DNA of 64,000 nt from an uncultured delta proteobacterium (lineage in GTDB: Bacteria > Myxococcota > Myxococcia > Myxococcales > Myxococcaceae): assembly GCA_963776345.1 (NCBI GenBank), contig CAVZMH010000003.1, positions 1 to 64,000 of the forward strand. The letters run 5' to 3'. This document shows, in pieces, positions 9,310 to 17,000 of this stretch. The position numbers and the translations under genes are program-made. Under the pieces are notes generated by a model that did no database searches, was not told the origin of the DNA, and was given only the letters and a program-made list of their open reading frames with translations. The first letter of the stretch is position 1, and the number at the start of each line of letters is the position of its first letter.

Positions 9310-9740
9310 TGAAAGGCGGGCGGAAATCCCGCCCCCTTTCCCGGGTGGATCGTCGTCCCCGCCGTTCTGCCGTGGATCTGCCGTGCTGGAGGCGCTCGCG
9401 ACGGCGACCCGCGGAACGAGCTCCGCCGTCTTCGCTTCGCCGAGGAGCCGCAGCTTGCCGAGCTCGGCCTGGAGATAGCCGGGAGCCAGATGGCCGTATG
9501 TCTCGGTCCTGAGCCGGAGGTCGCGGTGCCGGAGAAGCCTCTGGACGGCCACCGCGTCCGCGCCAGCATCTTCCCGTTCGCCCCGGGGAAGACGAGCGCG
9601 CTCGGCGAGCTGTCGATGGCGTGCCGGAGGAACGGCACGAGCTCCGGGTGGATGGGGATGGCGTCCGCGTGCCCCCCGTTCGTCGTCGCGCGTGCGCCGG
9701 AGCGCCGGACGAGGAGGAGGCCGCCGGCATCGTCGAGGGC
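9298..9740 (-). pseudogene. Tyrosine integrase remnant (N-terminus and central HxxRH region deleted)
   Basis: LLVRRS...TTNGGHADAIPIHPELVPFL...LVFPG jumps to AVQRLLRHRD...TETYGHLAPGYL (catalytic Tyr box). Confidence 0.8.
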
Positions 9741-9955
9741 TCCGCGCACCGATGCCGCAAACACGTGTGTGGCCATCACGACCCCGAGGACGCGGCCTTC
9801 TAACCGGGCTCCGGCGCGAAGAACCCGGTCTGTTCTTCTTGGATCCGGAGGGCGGGAGCGCGATGGTCCGTAACCAAGAAGCGAGCCGTCGCTACGCTTC
9901 AAATGGCGGGCTCTTTACAGCGCGGATACTCCTCGAAGTGATCAGGGGTGGACTC

Positions 9956-10441
9956 ATGGCTCGACGGAAGGCCGCTGTGGCAGTTCGGCTCGTGGTCCTT
10001 GCCGCGCTGGCTGGCGTATTCACGCTGACCGCATGCAGTTCGTCGATGAGGTACACCTACGACCCAGGGGTGAACTTCTCGGGAGCGAAGACCTACCAGT
10101 GGGCGGCGCGGCCGCGTCTATACAGCTCGACGCAGGACGGCCTGCTGGAAGCAAACGTCCGCTTCAACGCGGACCGGGCCCTCGGGGCGAAGGGGTGGAA
10201 CAAGGTGTCGGACCAGCCGGAACTGGTGTTCTCGATAGACGGTAACTACAAGTACGAGGTGGTGTCTGGCGTGCCTGGTAGTCATTGGGTGCTCAGCCAG
10301 CTCGAGTTGCGAGCCGCCCGCAGGGACGACGGCAGGGACGTATGGCGTGGCGCGGCGTCGGGCGAAATCGACACCAGCGCTACGTCAAGCGACCTCAGGG
10401 ACGCCGTGAACGGAATCTTGTCGAGCTTCCCACCCAAGTAG
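9956..10441 (+). CDS. DUF4136-family lipoprotein
   Basis: Lipobox LTAC; YDPGVNFSGAKTYQW; VWRGAA; ends ILSSFPPK. Confidence 0.8.
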   Translation: MARRKAAVAVRLVVLAALAGVFTLTACSSSMRYTYDPGVNFSGAKTYQWAARPRLYSSTQDGLLEANVRFNADRALGAKGWNKVSDQPELVFSIDGNYKYEVVSGVPGSHWVLSQLELRAARRDDGRDVWRGAASGEIDTSATSSDLRDAVNGILSSFPPK

Positions 10442-10479
10442 CCAGGTGCCGCGCCGGATTGGTTGAGACCTCGATTGCG

Positions 10480-10610
10480 GGCGCAGGAGGTGTGTCCCCC
10501 CGACGGAGAGGGCCGCTTCATCCGGTAGGCGAGCCGTCCGTCGGGCAAGGCCGACAGCCGCTCCAGCGACAGGGGCCCCCGGGCGCCGTCGTTGCACAGC
10601 CGTTCGAGGC
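10480..10610 (-). pseudogene. IS91-family (Y2) transposase fragment
   Basis: GLERLCNDGARGPLSLERLSALPDGRLAYRMKRP resembles the LCRY..R...LERL...Y.LK region, with the Tyr position altered. Confidence 0.65.
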
Positions 10611-10865
10611 CCGTGCGAGACCCGCCGGGCCTTCACACCCGCTTGGTCGCCCTTCCCAATCAAGCATTTCGCGAACGCCTCGGGAGTTCGCGGGACGGAT
10701 TGAGGGAAGGCTCCGGAGGCAACGCTCGTTCAGGACGCGGATCTTGCACGCGCCGTCATGCGTAGTTCCAGTTCGCCTCGCTTCCTCCGAGTCGTGAGCG
10801 GGGGCGACACGGACGAGTCGGTTCCTGCCGGCGGTATGCGGTGGGCGCGGTCGTCTTCGGGCGGG

Positions 10866-11390
10866 TCAGTACGTGGTCGGCTTCTCGCGCCGCACGTCGA
10901 ACTGGCCCTCGATGCGGCAGGCTTCCCGTCGCTTGCCGCACTTGCCGCTGACATCAAAGGTCCCGCGGATGTGCGCGGCGTTCGACTCCTTCACCTCCAG
11001 CGTTCCCTTGTCGGAGTAGAACTCGGTGTGGGTGGCGCTCCGGGACCAGCGGCCGACCGCGTCCAGTGGCCGCAGGGTGTAGACGCCGACCTCTGCGTCG
11101 GGCGCCCTTCCGGTCACGTCGACCGCGAAGACCAGCTCGAAATTCTCGTCGGGGAGGTCCGTACGGAGCTGGACGACTAGCCGCTCGCCCGGCTCGGAGC
11201 CGCCCCTGGTCCGGCGCCCGCCGGCGCTGCGCGGGCCGTCGCCGACGGCCTCGAACGACTGGGCCCCGCTCACCTTCGCCTTGTAGGTTGAGCTGGGGGC
11301 CTCTCCCTTCGAGGACTCACCGCCAGAGGCGAGCGGACCCAGAGCGAGCGAGAGCGAGAGGATGCGAATCCAGGGCGGGGCATGACGCAT
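10866..11390 (-). CDS. Hypothetical exported protein
   Basis: ATG after GAGGGG; signal-like N-terminus; beta-rich SDKGTLEV...IRGTFDV...IEGQFDV. Confidence 0.55.
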   Translation of the reverse strand: MRHAPPWIRILSLSLALGPLASGGESSKGEAPSSTYKAKVSGAQSFEAVGDGPRSAGGRRTRGGSEPGERLVVQLRTDLPDENFELVFAVDVTGRAPDAEVGVYTLRPLDAVGRWSRSATHTEFYSDKGTLEVKESNAAHIRGTFDVSGKCGKRREACRIEGQFDVRREKPTTY

Positions 11391-11589
11391 GGGACCCCCT
11401 CGAGGGGAGAAATGGACCCGAGCTCGAGGCGGGGGCCCGTTCTGGCCGGACGGCACCGCGGGGTGCTTGACTCACCGCGCGGCATTTCGCAAGAGGCCCG
11501 CGAGGGGCAAGTGACGAAGCCCGGAGGCGCGCGGCCCGGTGTTTACCGCTGCGGAGGGTAGAGCAGTCCCATGCGGGGCGTCAGGGGGG

Positions 11590-13491
11590 TTAGCGGTTCA
11601 AGCCCGCTTGGTCGCCCACGAAGCCTGCATGAGGCGCGGTGTGGCTGCCGCTCGCTGTGACCATGCTGTCGGTCGCGATGAAGGTCCCGTGCCCGTGGAC
11701 GGCGGCAGCGAAGTCCATTCCGGCGACGTCTGCGCCGCTCAGGCTTACCGATCGCTTATCCGGGCTGAACTTATAGCCGCTCAGCTTGGGCTGGACGGTG
11801 TAGCTCCCGTTGGCAAGGCCAGTGAAGCTGTAGCGGCCCGCGCTGTCCGTCGTCGTCGTGGCTTTGCGCGCGCCTCCCAGCGTCACCGTGACGCCCTGGC
11901 TCACGGCTCCGGACACGGTGCCCGAGATGGCGTGCGGCACGGCCGTGGCGGTGAAGTCCTGCCCAGCGACATCCGCGCCGCTCACCGAGACGGAGCGGCT
12001 CGCCGGGGCGAAGGTGAACCCAGCCAGCGAGGGCGTGACGGTGTAGCTGCCATTGGCGAGGCCAGTGAAGCGGTAGCGGCCCGCGCAGTCCGTCGTCGTC
12101 TTGGCGCTGCGCCCGCCGCCCAGCGTCACCGTGACGCCCCGGCTGACGGCGCCGGAGACCGTGCCCGAGATGACGTGCGGCACGGCCGTGGCGGTGAAGT
12201 CCTGCCCAGCGACATCCGCGCCGCTCACCGAGACCGACCGGCTCGCCGGGCTGAAGGTATAGCCGCTGAGCGAGGGCGTGACGGTGTAGCTGCCATCGGC
12301 GAGGCCAGCGAAGGCGTAGTGGCCGGTGCTGTCGGTCGTCGTCTTGGCGCTGCGCCCGCCGCCCAGCGTCACCGTGACGCCTTCGCTGACGGCGCCGGAC
12401 ACGGTGCCCGAGATGACGTACGGCAGGGCCGTGGCAGTGAAGTCCTGCCCAGCGACATCCGCGCCGCTCACCGAGACGGAGCGGCTCGCCGGGCTGAAGG
12501 TATAGCCGCTGAGCGAGGGCGTGACGGTGTAGCTGCCATCGGCAAGGCCCGTGAAGGCGTAGTGGCCGGTGCCGTCGGTCGTCGTCATGGCGCTGCGCCC
12601 GCCGCTCAGTGTCACCGTGACGCCTTCGCTGACGGCGCCGGAGACGGTGCCCGAGATGACGTGCGGCAGGGCCGTGGCGGTGAAGCCCTGCCCAGCGACA
12701 TCCGCGCCGCTCACCGAGACGGAGCGGCTCGCCGGGGCGAAGGTGTAGCCGCTGAGCGAGGGCGTGACGGTGTAGCTGCCATCGGCAAGGCCAGCGAAGG
12801 CGTAGTGGCCGGTGCCGTCGGTCGTCGTCGTGGCGCTGTGCGCGCCTCCCAGCGTCACGGTGACGCCTTGGCTGACGGCGCCGGACACCGTGCCCGAGAT
12901 GACGTACGGCAGGGCCATGGCGGTGAAGTCTTGCCCAGCGACGTCCGCGCCGCTCACCGAGACCGACCGGCTCGCCGGGCTGAAGGTATAGCCGCTGAGC
13001 GAGGGTGTGACGGTGTAGCTGCCATCGGCAAGGCCAGCGAAGGCGTAGTGGCCGGTGCCGTCGGTCGTCGTCGTGGCGCTGTGCGCGCCGCCCAGCGTCA
13101 CCGTGACGCCTTCGCTGACGGCGCCGGACACGGTGCCCGAGATGACGTGCGGCAGGGCCGTGGCGGTGAAGTCCTGTCCGCCGACGTCTCCGCCGCTCAC
13201 CGAGACGGAGCGGTTCGGCGGGGTGAAAGTGTAGCCACTGAGCGACGGCGTGACGGTGTAGCTGCCGTTGCTGAGGCCCGAGAAGGCATAGTGGCCCGCG
13301 CTGTCGGTCGTCGCCGAGGCGGTGCGTGGCCCTCCGAGGGCCACGATGACGCCTTGACTCGCGGCGCCAGAGACGGTGCCCGAGATGGTCCAGGTTGGCG
13401 TTTCTTCTGAGCCACCACAAGCGCCGAGAGTGATGCTGAAGGCCAGGCAAGCGAAGCCAGCAACCCATCGGGACAATCTTGGGGCGCGCAT
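11590..13491 (-). CDS. Surface lipoprotein with 7 tandem 80-aa carboxypeptidase-regulatory-like beta-sandwich repeats
   Basis: ATG after AGAGGG; lipobox LGAC; 7 x ISGTVSGA...TTDGTGHYAFAGLADGSYTVTPSLSGYTF...QDFTA at a 240-bp period. Confidence 0.85.
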   Translation of the reverse strand: MRAPRLSRWVAGFACLAFSITLGACGGSEETPTWTISGTVSGAASQGVIVALGGPRTASATTDSAGHYAFSGLSNGSYTVTPSLSGYTFTPPNRSVSVSGGDVGGQDFTATALPHVISGTVSGAVSEGVTVTLGGAHSATTTTDGTGHYAFAGLADGSYTVTPSLSGYTFSPASRSVSVSGADVAGQDFTAMALPYVISGTVSGAVSQGVTVTLGGAHSATTTTDGTGHYAFAGLADGSYTVTPSLSGYTFAPASRSVSVSGADVAGQGFTATALPHVISGTVSGAVSEGVTVTLSGGRSAMTTTDGTGHYAFTGLADGSYTVTPSLSGYTFSPASRSVSVSGADVAGQDFTATALPYVISGTVSGAVSEGVTVTLGGGRSAKTTTDSTGHYAFAGLADGSYTVTPSLSGYTFSPASRSVSVSGADVAGQDFTATAVPHVISGTVSGAVSRGVTVTLGGGRSAKTTTDCAGRYRFTGLANGSYTVTPSLAGFTFAPASRSVSVSGADVAGQDFTATAVPHAISGTVSGAVSQGVTVTLGGARKATTTTDSAGRYSFTGLANGSYTVQPKLSGYKFSPDKRSVSLSGADVAGMDFAAAVHGHGTFIATDSMVTASGSHTAPHAGFVGDQAGLNR

Positions 13492-13921
13492 GAGGTCCCT
13501 CTTTTTGTCTCGGTTCCTCGGCGCTCGATGCTCTAGGAATCCGGGGACTTGTGCGTCTTGGCCTGCATTTCCAGAGCCGATTCGTCTCCAGAGGAAGGCC
13601 GCCAAGAGCGCGCGAAGGAATTGCGTCTGCGAGGTATTCCGGCTCGACCAAATGCATTTGATGCGCTTGGTCGGATCGATGCCGTCACACCGGAGGTCGA
13701 AAATAGGTGCAGAGCGTGCTGCGGCGCGCGATGGCCCGCGCCAGGGTTGTCCTCGGTTACTGCCACGTCACATGGGCGACGCAAATCCTCGACGCCGCCG
13801 GCCGCCGCGCCGCGTTCGGTCCGTTCGATGCGGATGAGGACGCTCCGAGAGTTCAGGCGCGTCAATTCTCGACCCGTGGTGCCATCGCCCGCCTGCTCGA
13901 CGGGTGCCCCCCGTGATGGGC

Positions 13922-13977
13922 TTCTCAAGCCGAGGGTCGCGGATTTCGACCCCCGTCTCCCGCTCAGTCGAAGCACC
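13922..13977 (+). repeat. att site copy 2 (degenerate tRNA-Gly 3' half plus the same tail)
   Basis: TTCTCAAGCCGAGGGTCGCGGATTTCGACCCCCGTCTCCCGCTCAGTCGAAGCACC, near-identical to 9255-9309. Confidence 0.85.
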
Positions 13978-14031
13978 GTGAGAGCCGTATCTCCTCTGCC
14001 GGCACTCCGGACAGACACCCGGCGGTCTCGC

Positions 14032-17000
14032 TCAGGGCGTCACCGACACAGGGGTGGTGGCGGAATTCCCCAGGGAGTCCTGGACGCTCACGACGTCGGT
14101 GACGCTGGGGGTGGTGCCCGCGGTGTAGGCGCCGGTGCCGGGATCGATCGACCCGCCCGAGGCGTTGGTCGACAGGGACCAGGTGAAGCCGGTCCCGCTC
14201 CCGCCGCTGGCGGTGAAGGTCGCCGAGGTCGAGACCGGGACCGTGGCCGGACCGCTGATGGACACGCCTGGCCCGACCGCCACGTTCTGGGTGGCGGCGT
14301 TGCCGAGCGAGTCGACGACCCGGACCACGTCGGTGACGCTCGGGGTCGCGCCAGCGGTGTAGGCGCCGGTGCCGGCGTTGATCGACCCGCCCGAGGCGTT
14401 GGTCGACAGGGACCAGGTGAAGCCGGAGCCGCTGCCGCCGCTGGCGGTAAAGGTCGCCGACCCTCGCGGAGCGATGGTGGCCACGCCGGAGATGGAGACC
14501 CCTGACCCAACCGTCACGTTTTGGGTGGCGGCGTTGCCGAGCGAGTCGACCACCCGGACCACGTCGGTGACGCTGGGGGTGGGGCCGGCGGTGTAGGCGC
14601 CGGTGCTGGCATTGATGGATCCGCCCGAGGCGTTGGTCGACAGGGACCAGGTGAAGCCGGAGCCGCTGCCGCCGCTGGCGGTGAAGGTCGCGGCCCCCCC
14701 GGGCGCGATGGTGCCTACGCCGGAGATGGAGACGCCCGCCCCGACGGCCACGTTCTGGGTGGCAGCGTTGCCGAGCGAGTCGACGACCCGCACCACGTCC
14801 GTGACGCTGGGGGTGGGGCCGGCGGTGTAGGCGCCGGTGCCGGCATTGATGGATCCGCCCGAGGCGTTGGTCGACAGGGACCAGGTGAAGCCGGAGCCGC
14901 TGCCGCCGCTGGCGGTGAAGGCCGCCGACCCCCGCGGCGCGATGGTGGCCACACCGGAGAGGGAGACCCCCGGACCGACCGTCACGTTCTGGGTGGCAGC
15001 ATTCCCGAGCGAGTCGACCACCCGGACGACGTCAGTGACGCTGGGGGTGCCGCCCGCGGTATAGGCGCCGGTGCTGGCATTGATGGACCCGCCCGAGGCG
15101 TTGGTCGACAGGGACCAGGTGAAGCCGGAGCCGCTGCCGCCGCTGGCGGTAAAGGTCGCCGACCCGCGAGGAGCGATCGTCGTCGCTCCGGAGATGGAGA
15201 TCCCTGACCCGACGGCCACGTTCTGGGTGGCAGCGTTGCCGAGCGAGTCGACGACCCGGACCACGTCGGTGACGCTCGCCGTCGCGCCAGCGGTGTAGGC
15301 GCCGGTGCTGGCGTTGATCGACCCGCCCGAGGCGTTGGTCGACAGGGACCAGGTGAAGCCGGTGCCGCTCCCTCCGCTGGCGGTGAAGGTCGCCGTCCCA
15401 TGAGGAGCGATGGTCGTCACTCCGGAGATGGAGACGCCTGCCCCGACCGTCACGTTCTGGGTGGCAGCATTGCCGAGCGAGTCGACCACCCGGACCACGT
15501 CGGTGACGCTCGCCGTCGCGCCAGCGGTGTAGGCGCCCGTGCTGGCGTTGATGGACCCTCCCGAATTGTTGGTCAACAGGGACCAGGTGAAGCCGGTGCC
15601 GCTCCCTCCGCTGGCGGTGAAGGTCGCCGTCCCACGAGGAGCGATGGTGGTCACTCCGGCGATGGCGACGCCCGCTCCCACCGCTACGTTATGGGTGGCA
15701 GCGTTGCCGAGCGAGTCGACGACCCGGACCACGTCGGTGACGTTCCCCGTGGCGCCGGCGGTGTAGGCGCCCGTGCTGACGTTGATGGATCCGCCCGAGG
15801 CGTTGGTGGACAGCGACCAGGTGAAGCCGGCCCCGCTGCCGCCGCTGGCGGTGAACGTCGCCGACCCGCGAGGAGCGATGGTGGCCACTCCGGCGATGGC
15901 GACGCCCGCCCCCACCGTCACGTTCTGGTTGGCACCGTTGCCGAGGGAATCGACGACCCGGACCACGTCGGTGACGTTGGGGGTGGCGCCGGCGGTGTAG
16001 GCGCCGGTGCTGGCGTTGATCGACCCGCCCGAATTGTTGGTCGGCAGCGACCAGGTGAAGCCGGTGCCGCTCCCTCCGCTGGCGGTGAAGGTCGCCGACC
16101 CTCGCGGAGCGATGGTGGCCACGCCGGAGATGGCGACCCCCGCCCCGACCAGGACGTTCTGGGTGTCCGCGTTGCCGAGGGAGTCGACGACCCGGACCAC
16201 GTCGGTGACGTTCCCCGTCGCGCCGGCGGTGTAGGCGCCGGTGCTGGCGTTGATCGACCCGCCCGAGGCATTGGTCGACAGGGACCAGGTGAAGGCGGCC
16301 CCGCTGCCGCCGCTGGCGGCGAAGGTCGTCGCCCCGCGAGGAGCGATCGTCGTCACTCCGGAGATGGTGACTCCGGGTCCGACCGTGACGTTGCGGGTCG
16401 CAGCGTTGCCGAGCGAGTCGACGACCCGGACCACGTCGGTGACGCTCCCCGTCCCGCCGGCGGTGTAGGCGCCCGTGCTGGCGTTGATGGACCCGCCCGA
16501 GGCGTTGGTCGAGAGGGACCAGGTGAAGCCCACCCCGGTGCCGCCGCTGGCGGAGAAGGTCAGAGGTCCCCTCGGGGGCGCGCTTGCCGTCGCGGGCGAG
16601 ATGACCACGGGGGCGAGCACGGTCGTCGCCGGTGAGGTGGTGGCGGCCGCGGTGAGCGCGGTCCCGGTGTTCGCTGCAGTGCCGTTCGCGGTCGCGGTGA
16701 AGGTGAGAGTTCCCGCCCCCGACGGCGTGCAGGTGAAGGTGAATGGCACGGTGGAGTTGGCGGCGACGGCCGAGGAGGCCGGGGAGGCGGTGGAGCAGGA
16801 GGCGGCCGCCGATCCGGTCACGGTGGTGAAGGTCGGAGTGACCGAGACCCCGTTCGCCGACGCGCCACCCGCCACCGCGGTGTTGCGGACGTTCGCGGTC
16901 AGGGAGATCACCTGTCCGGCGTTGACCGGAGACGGGGGCTGCGAGGCGAAGGTCACGGCGAGGGCCGCCGGCGCCTGGATCGTCGTCGCCGGGGACGTGG

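Larger units (their letters stand above)
9255..13977. mobile_element. Decayed integrative element bounded by tRNA-Gly att direct repeats
   Basis: Direct repeats at 9255-9309 and 13922-13977, integrase remnant at the left end, cargo genes and a transposase scar inside. Confidence 0.7.

Noticed and set aside
13500..13900. c-di-GMP riboswitch upstream of the repeat lipoprotein
   Set aside because: Only a GACGCAAA-like word on the wrong strand; no supporting stems.
11700..16610. Regular repeats as a CRISPR array or DGR
   Set aside because: Periods of 240 and 234 bp are in-frame protein repeats; there are no unique spacers, cas genes or reverse transcriptase.
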